Shown: positions 52,688 to 63,058 of the stretch, in pieces
How positions within the stretch are numbered: position 1 is the stretch's first letter
Layout: each line of letters begins with the position of its first letter
Notes under the pieces: model-generated
What the model was told of the DNA's origin: nothing
The model's database searches: none
Seen by the model: the letters and a program-made list of their open reading frames with translations, nothing else
DNA from: Chamaesiphon sp.
Lineage (GTDB): Bacteria; Cyanobacteriota; Cyanobacteriia; Cyanobacteriales; Chamaesiphonaceae
Direction: 5' to 3'
DNA length: 64,000 nt
NCBI GenBank assembly: GCA_965246715.1
Contig: CBDFFH010000052.1
Location: 64,001 to 128,000, forward strand
Made by a program: the position numbers and the translations under genes

Positions 52688-53671
52688 TTATTTTCCCCAT
52701 TTAAAGATCGCTGCACCCCAACTCAAACCCGCCCCAAAACCGGAAGTGGCGATCGTATCACCCACTCGAATCTTACCAGCTCTTACTGCTTCATTTAACG
52801 CGATCGGAATTGAAGCCGCCGAAGTATTACCATATTTTGCCACGTTACTAATTACCTTCTCCGGTGCGATATTCAATCGCTCGGCGACAGCATCCATGAT
52901 CCGTTGATTGGCTTGATGCAGGATCAACCAATCGATATCGGCACTAGTGAGATTAGCCTTGTAAATTACCTTGTCGATCGCATCGGGGACGCGATCGATC
53001 GCAAAGCGATAGACTTCGCGGCCGTTCATTGTTACGTATTGATATTTTCCCTGGGTGAGCGTTACCCCAGGAATTAATTCCCGCAATTCTGATTTAAAAG
53101 CCAGATTCAAACAAGCATTCCGCGTGCCATCGCTCTTGATTTCAAAACCCAAGAGGCGATCTTCCGGTGCCGCCTGCATCAATACCGCACCCGCACCATC
53201 ACCAAACAAGACACAAGTATTGCGATCGTTCCAATCCACCCACCGTGATAATAAATCCGCACCAATTACTAACACATTTTGAAAAGCACCCGTGCGCAGG
53301 TATTGCGCCGCCGTCACTACCCCAAACACAAAGCCCGAGCAAGCCGCTGTCAGATCGAAAGCGACTGCATTTGTCGCACCCAACTGCGCCTGAATCTGAG
53401 CAGCGGTACCAAATAAATCTTCCGATGAGGAAGTAGCCAACAAGATCAGATCGATGTCGGTTGCGGCTACTCCGGCCATCTCTAGCGCCTGTAGCGCCGC
53501 TTGAGTCGCAAAATCAGCTAGGCACTCGCCATCGTTACTAATATGCCGCTGCCGGATCCCCGTGCGGCTAGAAATCCACTCATCGGAGGTATCTACTACC
53601 TGCGATAGCTCGTCGTTTGACACGATAGTCTTGGGTGCCGCCGCCCCACATCCAGTAAAAGTGACACCCAT
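52688..53671 (-). CDS. fabH: beta-ketoacyl-ACP synthase III
   Basis: DTSDEWI.SRTGI, AACSGF, FGDGAGA, HQANQRI, GNTSAASIP, GFGAGL. Confidence 0.96.
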   Translation of the reverse strand: MGVTFTGCGAAAPKTIVSNDELSQVVDTSDEWISSRTGIRQRHISNDGECLADFATQAALQALEMAGVAATDIDLILLATSSSEDLFGTAAQIQAQLGATNAVAFDLTAACSGFVFGVVTAAQYLRTGAFQNVLVIGADLLSRWVDWNDRNTCVLFGDGAGAVLMQAAPEDRLLGFEIKSDGTRNACLNLAFKSELRELIPGVTLTQGKYQYVTMNGREVYRFAIDRVPDAIDKVIYKANLTSADIDWLILHQANQRIMDAVAERLNIAPEKVISNVAKYGNTSAASIPIALNEAVRAGKIRVGDTIATSGFGAGLSWGAAIFKWGK

Positions 53672-53674
53672 AGG

Positions 53675-53706
53675 AATTATGAATTATGAATTATGAGTTA
53701 TGAATT
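53675..53706 (+). repeat. heptameric tandem repeat (AATTATG)n
   Basis: aattatgaattatgaattatgagttatgaatt. Confidence 0.8.
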
Positions 53707-53880
53707 CCAAACAGCGTTTTGAAATAGAGCGATCCAAGTAGTTGTAGCATATTTATCGCCTCAAATCTCGATCGTGGGCATTGCCCATCTCCAATCTCGC
53801 TAACAAATTTTCCTACTATTGTTGCGCGATCTTGTCTTGCTGCTATCATCTGAGAATAAAGGCGTGCGCGCATTGCGAAC

Positions 53881-54930
53881 TCACGATTCGCCAGCACCGA
53901 TCGGTTCTTGCTCCAAGACTTTAATGCGAGTAGCGGCTTGGATTTGCTCGATCGCGTTTTGGTCTACTGCACGCTTGGCAGAACGAATCGCATTCGCAAT
54001 CGAATTTGCATCCGAGCTACCATGACTGATAATACAGACTCCTTCTACTCCTAATAGTAAACCACCACCATGCTCGGCTGCATCGATTCGCCGTTTGAGC
54101 CGTTGGAGATTGGGCTTGAGGATTGCCGTACCCAATTTGCCGTTCAAGCCGCGCGGTAGCTCTTCTTTGAGCATTTGCACGACGATATCACCTACCGCTT
54201 CAGCAAATTTAAGCAAGATATTCCCGACAAAGCCATCGCAAACAATGACATCAAAGTTACCAGAGAGGACATCGCGACCTTCGGCATTACCGACAAAGTT
54301 GATGCTCTTATTCTGCACTAAACTCTCGTGTGCCTCGATCGCGACTTTATTGCCTTTGGATTCTTCTTCGCCGATATTGAGCAATCCAACTCTGGGTGAT
54401 TCTACGCCCATCACACATTGACTGTAAATCGCGCCCATCGTGGCAAATTGTTCGAGATATTGGGGCCGACAATCGACATTTGCACCGACATCTAAAATCA
54501 AGACGGATTTGTCAGCGCGATTGGTCGGAAATACTGCGGCAATTGCCGGTCGATCGATCCCTTTCAATCGTCCCAATCGGAGTAATGCTGCGGCCATTGC
54601 CGCACCCGAATGACCCGCCGACACAACTGCGTCTGCTTTACCATCTTTGACGAGTTGCATCGATACGTTAATCGAAGCCTTCGGCTTGCGCCGCAGGGCA
54701 CCTAGTGGCTCTTCATGCATTTCGATCGTCCCTTCGGCTGGCACGATCTCTAATTTGGGTGCATTGGGATGTTGGTTCAGACAAGCCTGAATTTGTTCGG
54801 GGTCGCCGACCAAGATGACATCTACGTCTGTTAATTCTGTTTGGGCCTGGATCGCACCCGCGACTATGGCGGCGGGTGCATCATCCCCACCCATTGCGTC
54901 AAGTGCGATGCGCGCGCGAGTTGAAGCCAT
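53881..54930 (-). CDS. plsX: phosphate acyltransferase
   Basis: IALDAMGGD.AP, SAGHSGA, LDVGAN, LLNIGEE, CDGFVGN, ISHGSS. Confidence 0.96.
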   Translation of the reverse strand: MASTRARIALDAMGGDDAPAAIVAGAIQAQTELTDVDVILVGDPEQIQACLNQHPNAPKLEIVPAEGTIEMHEEPLGALRRKPKASINVSMQLVKDGKADAVVSAGHSGAAMAAALLRLGRLKGIDRPAIAAVFPTNRADKSVLILDVGANVDCRPQYLEQFATMGAIYSQCVMGVESPRVGLLNIGEEESKGNKVAIEAHESLVQNKSINFVGNAEGRDVLSGNFDVIVCDGFVGNILLKFAEAVGDIVVQMLKEELPRGLNGKLGTAILKPNLQRLKRRIDAAEHGGGLLLGVEGVCIISHGSSDANSIANAIRSAKRAVDQNAIEQIQAATRIKVLEQEPIGAGES

Positions 54931-55327
54931 TGATGCCACTAAGTATAAACCATCAGAATTCTACCAGAATATGGGTGTTTGTCACTGTAATGGATTAAGC
55001 GATCGGGCACTTATTTATAGATGTTACTGAATTTAGCGCGGTAATTAGTGCTGTTGCTGCTGAAGATAAGATGCAATCTCGGTTATTTAATAACCACTGA
55101 GCTATCGTCGCGCTCAATAGTGTAAAGTTTCACTCGATCGCTATGGCTGGCGGCGATCGAGCGAGTCATCCATTGCGCTAGCGCATTATTTATCAAACGC
55201 GCCAGCTAGATCCTCGCTCTAATGGTAGTGTGATACCGATCGGGATGCAAGATCGGCTATAGTCATACCTCTGTGCCCATTGTCTGTGTTCCGATCTAAC
55301 TGCTGGGTTTGAGGAGACTGGCGATCG

Positions 55328-55468
55328 TTATTTAATTATTTGAGACTCAAGCGATCGAATAAATTCTCGCAGAATATCTGTTTTCGTTCTTGCTGTTTGT
55401 TCTGCAAAAGCTTCTAAGATTTTTAGCTCTTGAGTGGGAACCTTGATGTTAAGTTGCTTTAAGGACAT
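55328..55468 (-). CDS. CopG/ribbon-helix-helix protein
   Basis: KQLNIKVP..E.KILE.FA.QT.RTKTDILREFIRSL. Confidence 0.75.
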   Translation of the reverse strand: MSLKQLNIKVPTQELKILEAFAEQTARTKTDILREFIRSLESQIIK

Positions 55469-56111
55469 GATTAGAATATGAAGTAGTATTTTAGAGATGT
55501 CGATCGACAACTAACAAGGAATATTCACGAGTAGATTGAAGCGATCGGTTAACGAGCAAATGAATCGAGATGACCCCAAGCGAACCGATTTGGAAAACAG
55601 TTAAAGTAGAGCAGCGATCGACTTTTTTGGATTAGTCATTAGAGCGAGCGAGCCTTCAACCAGCGCTTGTTTCAGTTTTAACCTATACGAATACTCATGC
55701 TTATCGTTCGATCGACCGAATTCGATCGGCCATTTTGCTGCATCGACTAGCTAGCCTCTTGGAAAAAATTCAGGGCAAACGATCGTACCGATGGTCATAA
55801 CAAAGCTATCGATCGTCCGCAGACGCAAAAATCTTTTGGGGTATAAGATAAGTAATGGGATGTATGAAAATTAAGTCATACTGATACAGTTACCGATCGC
55901 ATTCCGTTAGTTGAGAAGGTTATCAAATAATTAACATAAAAGCTCAACCCAATCGAGATCGTCAAGAGGTCATCATTATTTCCTGACTACCAGACAAATC
56001 TCTCAAAAGATGAGTTATGAAGAGGGTTAGTAGGTAAGTTTATCCGAGCTACTTTTTTACAAATGAGGTTCGAGAGCGACTAAAATTAGACATTAGACAT
56101 TAGACAGATCC

Positions 56112-56214
56112 TAATACTTCTCGGTTAAGAACTGCTAGCGACTGAAGTCGCCGCTAGTGAAGCCTAGTCCGCGTAGGCGGACTAACTAGTTTTTAGATTA
56201 ACCGAGAAGTATTA
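56112..56214. mobile_element. MITE, 17-bp perfect TIRs, 10-bp target-site duplication
   Basis: TAATACTTCTCGGTTAA / TTAACCGAGAAGTATTA flanked by AGACAGATCC at 56102-56111 and 56215-56224. Confidence 0.9.
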
Positions 56215-56351
56215 AGACAGATCCCCCCATGAGGAACCAAGGATATCTCCTCAGTTCTGGATTTTAAGCCAGAACTGGCATATATTCTCCTCGTGCCAGC
56301 TCTTTTGCACGAGATGTTGCAGCCTTTTTCTGCTTACAAAAATACTTATAA

Positions 56352-56434
56352 TGGGGGTGGCGAGACTCGAACTCGCACGTCCTAAAGGACAACAGATTTT
56401 AAGTCTGTCGCGTCTACCATTCCGCCACACCCCC
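56352..56434 (-). tRNA. trnL: tRNA-Leu(TAA), intron-less
   Basis: reverse complement GGGGGTGTGGCGGAATGGTAGACGC-ACAGA CT TAA AA TCTGT, long variable arm, GTTCGAGTC, CACCCCCA. Confidence 0.95.
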
Positions 56435-56808
56435 AGGTGCGCTCGCTTGCCAAAGCTTGGTTATCGCAAATGTTCCACGAATAAAGATAATAACACTAAA
56501 TTTTACCTAAAGCAAGAGCTAGCTGAGGAGTCTGGGTGATTTGCAGCTCGTTACCAATATTTAACAACGGTTAGTTAATAAAATAGCTTGCGTTACCTGA
56601 ATTTGAGCGATTTTGTCCGCACCCGATCGAGTTATGTAGATAAATTAACAATTACAGGCGATGGATCGATCTAGAGAATTCATCGTTAAAATGAGATCTC
56701 ATCATCAACTTCAGCTTCAGTTTAGTTGTTACTGAATCTATCAACCAACCTTGCCTAGGTCTTTAAAAAGTTTTTGATGTCATCTACTCCATCTAGAGAG
56801 GTATCGTT

Positions 56809-59097
56809 ATGCCCGATCGTGTCGAGCTTGAAGGAAGAGTTTTTGTTCCCGCTAGTGAGTTAGATCTGCCTGAATGGGGTTGTGTGGTTAGCGATCGCAA
56901 CCAGCCAACCCTAACCCTCAAAGATGACGATCTGTTCCTGATTACCGACACTCTGGGCAATATTTCTGGCTGTTCGCGGGATGAAACGATCGCTAGCATG
57001 GGACTATTTTGTCGCGATACGCGGTTTTTGAGCAGGTTAGAATTACAAATTGCTGGATGCTCGCCAATTTTGCTCACTTGCAATGCCGATAAGGGATTTG
57101 CCCTGTCCGCACTCTGTACCAATCCGACGATTCCCAATATCAATGCCGAAACGATTAGCATCCAACGCGAAATTGTCTTAAATGGCGGCTTATTTGAAGA
57201 ACTCACCATTCACAACTACAATACTACAGCAGTTAGTTTTGAATTAAGCCTGAGCTTTGATGCCGATTTTTCAGACTTATTCGAGATTCGTGGCTTCCAT
57301 CGCAAACAACGGGGAGGATTGTTGCGGCGCGTCCCAGCTAGCGATCTCCATCCCACTACCCAGACTCCGGCATCTGTCGAGGAATTAACGCTAGCTTATC
57401 AGGGTTTGGATGGGGCGATTTTAGAGTCACACATCCAGTTTTTGCATCTGCGACCCAAATATCTCAAAGGCTATACTGCCATTTGGCAGATCCAGCTCGA
57501 ATCCCATGCGAGTTGTCAGCTCGGCTATCGCTTGCAGATGTTGATGAACAATCGCTCTGTCTCTGGCGTTCAGATTCCCGCTGCACTCCTCCAAGCTAAA
57601 GCCGCCGAACTGATGGAGGAAGACCACTGGCGCTCGCAGATCACCCAGATTCGCACCGATAATCGCGAAATCAATCTCGCGATCGCACGGGCGGAACGAG
57701 ACATCTATTTGTTGCGCCAAACTTTCGATCGGGTGAGTACCAGCCCAAACAATCCCGCAATGAAAGGAATGGTGTTATCGGCTGGCGTACCCTGGTTCTG
57801 TACGCTATTCGGTCGGGATGCAATTATTGCCGCCAGTCAGATCTTAATTCTCGATCCCAAAATCGCCCGCGAAACATTGATGGTATTGGCTCAATACCAA
57901 GGGAAAGTAGACGATGAGTGGCGCGAAGAGCAGCCAGGGAAGATCCTGCACGAGTTGCGGATGGGAGAAATGGCTCGATGTCAGGAGATTCCCCACACGC
58001 CCTACTATGGGACGGTGGATGCAACGCCGCTGTGGCTGATGTTATACGCTGAATACTACGCCTGGACTCACGATACCGAACTACTCGATCGGTTGTGGGA
58101 AAATGCCCTCGCAGCGATGGCGTGGATCGATCGGATGTGTGCGGAAACTGGTTATTTAAGCTATTTTCGGACATCAGCGCGGGGTCTGGTAAATCAAGGC
58201 TGGAAAGACTCTGGCGACTGTATCGTCGATCGGCATGGTAAGATCGCCACTGGTCCGATTGCCCTCTGCGAGGTGCAAGCTTACGTCTATGCCGCCAAAA
58301 TTCGGATGAGCGAACTGGCGCGGATTCGGCAAGAAAACGACCTCGCCACCCGCTGGCTTCATGAGGCTCAAGCGCTCAAACAACGCTTCAACCACGACTT
58401 CTGGATTCCCGATCGCGAGTTTATCGCCATGGCACTCGATGGGGCAGGCAAACAAGTCGATGAGATCGGTTCTAATCCGGGGCAATGTCTCTCAATGGGG
58501 CTGCTGTATCCGGAAAAAGCCAAAAGCGTCGCCGAACGTCTCCGAGCGCCAGATATGTTCAGCGGTTGGGGCATTCGGACGTTGAGCAGTCAGTCGCCAG
58601 CCTACAATCCGATCGGCTATCATACCGGATCGGTCTGGCCGCATGATAATAGTCTAATTGTGATGGGCTTGCGGTCGATCGGCGCAGTCGAGCAAGCGTT
58701 AGAAGTCGCTCAAAGCATTTTGGATATGACGGTTCATCAGCCCTATCATCGTCCACCCGAACTTTTTTGCGGTTACGAACGGATTGAGGGGAACTGTCCG
58801 ATTCAGTACCCGATCGCTTGTTCGCCACAAGCATGGGCGACTGGCACCGTGTTTCAACTGCTGCAAACGATCGTCAATCTCGTCCCCGATGCCCCGAGTA
58901 ACTGCGTCCGGATTCTCGATCCAGCTTTACCCCCGAGCATCCGGCAAATCTCTTTCAAAAATCTGCGGATCGGTACTACCTCGCTCGACTTGGAATTTAC
59001 TCGCGAGCAAGACGCAGAAGGCGAAGGGATGCGCGTGACAACTTCCTGTCGGGTCGTGAAAAAACGCGGAAATCTCCGGGTGACGATCGAAGCTTAG
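56809..59097 (+). CDS. amylo-alpha-1,6-glucosidase / glycogen debranching family protein
   Basis: GLFCRDTRFLS, AGVPWF.TLFGRD, EEQPGKILHE, YYGTVDATPL, NQGWKDS, YHTGSVWPHD, CSPQAW. Confidence 0.9.
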   Translation: MPDRVELEGRVFVPASELDLPEWGCVVSDRNQPTLTLKDDDLFLITDTLGNISGCSRDETIASMGLFCRDTRFLSRLELQIAGCSPILLTCNADKGFALSALCTNPTIPNINAETISIQREIVLNGGLFEELTIHNYNTTAVSFELSLSFDADFSDLFEIRGFHRKQRGGLLRRVPASDLHPTTQTPASVEELTLAYQGLDGAILESHIQFLHLRPKYLKGYTAIWQIQLESHASCQLGYRLQMLMNNRSVSGVQIPAALLQAKAAELMEEDHWRSQITQIRTDNREINLAIARAERDIYLLRQTFDRVSTSPNNPAMKGMVLSAGVPWFCTLFGRDAIIAASQILILDPKIARETLMVLAQYQGKVDDEWREEQPGKILHELRMGEMARCQEIPHTPYYGTVDATPLWLMLYAEYYAWTHDTELLDRLWENALAAMAWIDRMCAETGYLSYFRTSARGLVNQGWKDSGDCIVDRHGKIATGPIALCEVQAYVYAAKIRMSELARIRQENDLATRWLHEAQALKQRFNHDFWIPDREFIAMALDGAGKQVDEIGSNPGQCLSMGLLYPEKAKSVAERLRAPDMFSGWGIRTLSSQSPAYNPIGYHTGSVWPHDNSLIVMGLRSIGAVEQALEVAQSILDMTVHQPYHRPPELFCGYERIEGNCPIQYPIACSPQAWATGTVFQLLQTIVNLVPDAPSNCVRILDPALPPSIRQISFKNLRIGTTSLDLEFTREQDAEGEGMRVTTSCRVVKKRGNLRVTIEA

Positions 59098-59120
59098 TTC
59101 ACCCAATTAGCCGTTGTTGT

Positions 59121-59164
59121 GAGTGTCGATCGATTGAACATCAGGGTTGAGTCGATCGACACTC
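59121..59164 (+). terminator. hairpin after the debranching-enzyme gene
   Basis: GAGTGTCGATCGA...TCGATCGACACTC. Confidence 0.55.
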
Positions 59165-59646
59165 GAGCTTTCTCGCTGCCCTCATCTAAAAGTTACACCA
59201 ACTCAGATCTGACTGAGAACAGCGGCGCATTTACCCAGGGAAATTATCGCTTTCCAAACTACTTCACTAAATATTCTCGGATAGAGAGAGATTAAAGCTA
59301 ACTTGTGGGTACGTTAGAAATAACGAGAACGAGATTGATTCAGAGATAGAGCGCACCATCGTTTTGATGGGTGCTTACTTGTCGCTGTATTGCTTTGCTT
59401 GGAAAGTTTCGGCGATCGCCGAAGCAAATGTATTATGTACCTATAAGAGTAGGAGCGCGCAGTGCCGATAAAAGCGGTAGAATTATAGACAAATAGCTAG
59501 ATCCTTTGCTTGCACTTCAACTCAAGCCAAAGTATCGATCGACCCCCCGGTCGAGTTCGAGATAGAAGCGCGATTCTCAATGTTTGAGAAGTTATGCCAA
59601 CGATAAAGACTACACGATCGGAAAAGTGTTCCACTGGTGAGGCTCA

Positions 59647-61275
59647 ATGAGCTACTGCGTAAATCCTGACTGTCCCCAACCCAAAAATCCTGTTGATGCC
59701 TTCCTGTGCCAAGCGTGTGGCGCGCGGTTACTCGTACGCAATCGCTATCGAGTAACCAAATCATTAGGTCAAGGGGGCTTTGGAGCAACCTTTGTCGCGA
59801 TCGATGTTTCCCTCCCTGGGGAACCCATCTGTGTGATCAAACAACTCCGACCGAGTAACAATCATGAAAAGTTCCTGCGGATGGCGCGGGAACTGTTCGA
59901 GCGCGAAGCGAGAACGCTCGGTAAAATTGGCAACCATCCTCAAATTCCGCGTTTGTTAGATTTCTTTGAAGAGCGCCGCAATTTTTATCTAGTCCAAGAA
60001 TATGTTAGCGGCCACACCATCCATCAAGAAGTCAAACAGATGGGGCTGTTTAAGGAAGAAAAAATTCGAGCCTTCTTGATCGAAATTCTCCCTGTGATTA
60101 CCTATATTCACTCACAGCAAGTAATTCACCGCGATATCAAGCCCGCCAACATTCTGCGGCGCGATCAAGATGGCAAACTTGTCTTGATCGACTTTGGTGC
60201 CGTTAAAAATCATGTCGCCCAAATTGAATCCCCAGAAGGTGGCGAACAAGCGCACAACACCCAATTTGCTGTTGGGACATCCGGCTATGCGCCGCCCGAA
60301 CAGTTGGCAATGCGCCCAATTTTCGCCAGCGATATTTATGCACTCGGTGTCACTTGTATCTATCTGATGACGGGTAAATCGCCTAAAGATATCGAATACA
60401 ACCCTTCAACTGGCGAAATGATGTGGCAAAAACACGTCCAGTTGGGTAAACACATGACCCAAGTTTTGGGGAAAATGTTGGAAGTATCAGTTCGCTATCG
60501 CTATCAATCTGTAGAAGAAGTCCAACGGGCACTCGAAAGCGGCGCTGTCGTCGAAACTCGTGCGGCTGGTGCGGGATTACAACAAAACCGTCCGGGGATG
60601 AGTCCGAGCAATCCCCAGCGTGGTTTGGCTCCGAACTCACCACCTGGACTGCCGAGCAATCCCAACACCCCTACCCCTCAAGCCACTACTCCGTCGCGGA
60701 AGATTGCCGATACGATTAAGCAAAAACGCTTGGAAAGCGATCCCACTAACATTAAAAATGGCGGATCTCAGACTGGGTTTGGTGGCCCTCAAACTGGATT
60801 TGGTGGAACGCCAGCAATGCAGCAGCCTAAACGCGAGCAATTAAAACTCGATGCTCAAGGAGTCCTCGCCGCATTTCGACGCGGGCAGAGGACATTTAGC
60901 GAGATGGATATCAACAGTCTCGACCTCGCCAAAGCTCATCTTCCGGGGATTGCGTTGAGCAGTGCTAATTGTGCATACATCAATTTCCAAGGTGCCAATC
61001 TCTCTGGCGGCAAGTTTGATAAAGCTGACTTGAGTGGAGCCGTACTTAAGGATGCTGTCTTGAGCAAAGGGTATTTTAGCTATGCCAATCTTCAAAATGC
61101 CGATCTGCGAGGTGCCGATCTCAGTGACGCTTACCTCAACTATGCCAATCTGCACGGTGCGAATCTGTGCGGGGCAAATTTGAAAGGTGTCAAAGTTACT
61201 GAAGACCAGTTAAATCAGGCTAAAACCAATTTTATGACTGTCTTTCCTAATGGCAAGCGCGGGGGATTCTGGTAA
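59647..61275 (+). CDS. Ser/Thr protein kinase with N-terminal Cys4 motif and C-terminal pentapeptide repeats (SpkB-like)
   Basis: YCVNPDC..CQACG, LGQGGFG, HRDIKPAN, DFG, GYAPPE, A(N/D)L.G repeats. Confidence 0.9.
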   Translation: MSYCVNPDCPQPKNPVDAFLCQACGARLLVRNRYRVTKSLGQGGFGATFVAIDVSLPGEPICVIKQLRPSNNHEKFLRMARELFEREARTLGKIGNHPQIPRLLDFFEERRNFYLVQEYVSGHTIHQEVKQMGLFKEEKIRAFLIEILPVITYIHSQQVIHRDIKPANILRRDQDGKLVLIDFGAVKNHVAQIESPEGGEQAHNTQFAVGTSGYAPPEQLAMRPIFASDIYALGVTCIYLMTGKSPKDIEYNPSTGEMMWQKHVQLGKHMTQVLGKMLEVSVRYRYQSVEEVQRALESGAVVETRAAGAGLQQNRPGMSPSNPQRGLAPNSPPGLPSNPNTPTPQATTPSRKIADTIKQKRLESDPTNIKNGGSQTGFGGPQTGFGGTPAMQQPKREQLKLDAQGVLAAFRRGQRTFSEMDINSLDLAKAHLPGIALSSANCAYINFQGANLSGGKFDKADLSGAVLKDAVLSKGYFSYANLQNADLRGADLSDAYLNYANLHGANLCGANLKGVKVTEDQLNQAKTNFMTVFPNGKRGGFW

Positions 61276-61295
61276 ACTCCGATCGATTGTGATAT

Positions 61296-61532
61296 CTAGA
61301 GGCGACCCTTTGATAGATAACTAATCGTCCCAGTTAAAATCGCCCCACCCATCAGTACGCTGATTGCAGGGAGAAATAACGGCTCCCACAGGCTCTGCCA
61401 AACTAGTAGTCCTAACGGAATATTGGTATACTTGCCAACGATCGCAATCAGAAACCAACCAAATGCCAGTACGACAAAGAAAAAATTAAATGTCAATAAA
61501 TTGTTAATAAGAGTTACAATTTTGGCAGTCAT
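61296..61532 (-). CDS. small membrane hypothetical protein
   Basis: two hydrophobic helices, WQSLWEPLFLPAISVLM; GGAG-like RBS. Confidence 0.7.
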   Translation of the reverse strand: MTAKIVTLINNLLTFNFFFVVLAFGWFLIAIVGKYTNIPLGLLVWQSLWEPLFLPAISVLMGGAILTGTISYLSKGRL

Positions 61533-61812
61533 AATATTCTCTGGAGTAGTATTTGTTGGCTGAAATTGAGCTTTAGTAACTCAATTATAGTTTAAGCGAT
61601 CGAGCCATCGATCGCTTTCATTTATTACTAAAGTCGGTCTAATTTTTAACCTAGTTACAGATCGATCGTCGCTTGACGGCACGCGATCGTGCTGCGAAAA
61701 TCAGATCTTCATGGGGAATGTATCTCGGTATGGAAGAATACATGCCTTGCAATCAGGAAGTCAGAGTGCGATTCTTTACAGCGCCCCAAATTAGGAAATG
61801 ATCGATCGCGGA

Positions 61813-63036
61813 TTAAATCCCAATACCAGATAGGATTAGCTGACGATTTTCTAGGGAAGAGGTTTGGCCAACGATTCCAACTGAATTAACACAATGATTT
61901 TGCGAACTTGGTATTTTGATAAGTTCCCGTCCCATTGTTTCAGCAAGTAGCACTGGAACGGCGTTTCCAATCTGTCTCATCGCTTCACCCCAAACACCCT
62001 TTACAACAAAATTATCTGGAAAAGTTTGGAGTCTTTTTGCCTCCAACACCGTCAAATAGCGAACGCTTCCATCTGGAAAGCGAATCATATTCTCCCCACC
62101 AGGAACGCCATGATCTCCAGCTTTGATTGTTTTTGCAGGTGCATCTAATATACAGCCTGTATGCCCTGGATAAGTCCTTGCACCACCATGAAAAAGATGA
62201 TCCTCGATTCCGTGATTAAACTGTGGATCTGGTAAATTGCTTATAGCATCTCGAACTGTCTGCCAAGGCATTGATACTGGCTCAAACATGCCATATTTAT
62301 CTATCAGTCTAGCTTTTTTAGTTTCGATCGATCGATCTATTAATGGACGTTCCGATCTACATATCTGATGCCGCTCCCAGTATTCTCCCGTCACGTACAT
62401 ATCCCAAAATAATCTCTCAGATGAGTGTGTATCTGGTGGAAATAACCAATCGCACTCTAGATCGGATCTGATGCCGACAATGATGACACGCTCTCGCTTT
62501 TGGGGTACGCCATAATTTGCCGCATCGATCGATTTAAACTGGACATTATATTTAGTTCCTGAGTAGGAGAACTTACTCACGTTGCGAAGTTCTTCTAAAT
62601 GTTGTTGCCAATCTGAATTAGCTTCCTCCTGAAATCTGGGATAAGTCAGCCGGAGCAGAATGTACTCGAAGTAATCTGCAAATGTATGTCGCAGTAAACC
62701 TTTGACATTTTCAAAGATAAAAGCCTTTGGTTGCAGTTTCTCGATCGCACGAATTGCCGCTGGAAACATATCACGTTTATCTCGATTGGCCTGATGTTTA
62801 CCACCGAGTGAAAATGGTTGACATGGTGGCCCACCTGCAACAAGATCGATATTTTCTAATGTGTCTAGATCGAAATCTCTGACATCGCTGAAAAAAACTT
62901 TTTCTCGAGCGAAGTTCTCACATAGAGAGGCATAAGCATGTTTATTATTTTCTACAAGTGCAGCGTGTTTGAATCCGGCTAGTTCCAGTCCTTTCGCTAA
63001 ACCACCTGCACCTGAAAATAGTTCGAGGGAATTCAT
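61813..63036 (-). CDS. C5-cytosine DNA methyltransferase
   Basis: ELFSGAGG, GGPPCQPFS, FENVKG, YGVPQKRER, RLQTFP, QIGNAVP. Confidence 0.93.
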   Translation of the reverse strand: MNSLELFSGAGGLAKGLELAGFKHAALVENNKHAYASLCENFAREKVFFSDVRDFDLDTLENIDLVAGGPPCQPFSLGGKHQANRDKRDMFPAAIRAIEKLQPKAFIFENVKGLLRHTFADYFEYILLRLTYPRFQEEANSDWQQHLEELRNVSKFSYSGTKYNVQFKSIDAANYGVPQKRERVIIVGIRSDLECDWLFPPDTHSSERLFWDMYVTGEYWERHQICRSERPLIDRSIETKKARLIDKYGMFEPVSMPWQTVRDAISNLPDPQFNHGIEDHLFHGGARTYPGHTGCILDAPAKTIKAGDHGVPGGENMIRFPDGSVRYLTVLEAKRLQTFPDNFVVKGVWGEAMRQIGNAVPVLLAETMGRELIKIPSSQNHCVNSVGIVGQTSSLENRQLILSGIGI

Positions 63037-63058
63037 CTAATCACAATTACTCTTATTA

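Noticed and set aside
18410..54930. Lipid-synthesis 'cluster' (mgdA, plsY, dgdA, fabH, plsX)
   Set aside because: The genes are scattered over 36 kb among unrelated genes; only plsX-fabH is a normal operon
56351..56539. 62-aa ORF
   Set aside because: Antisense reading of tRNA-Leu
60769..60807. QTGFGG tandem duplication in the kinase linker
   Set aside because: Ordinary short duplication in a low-complexity linker
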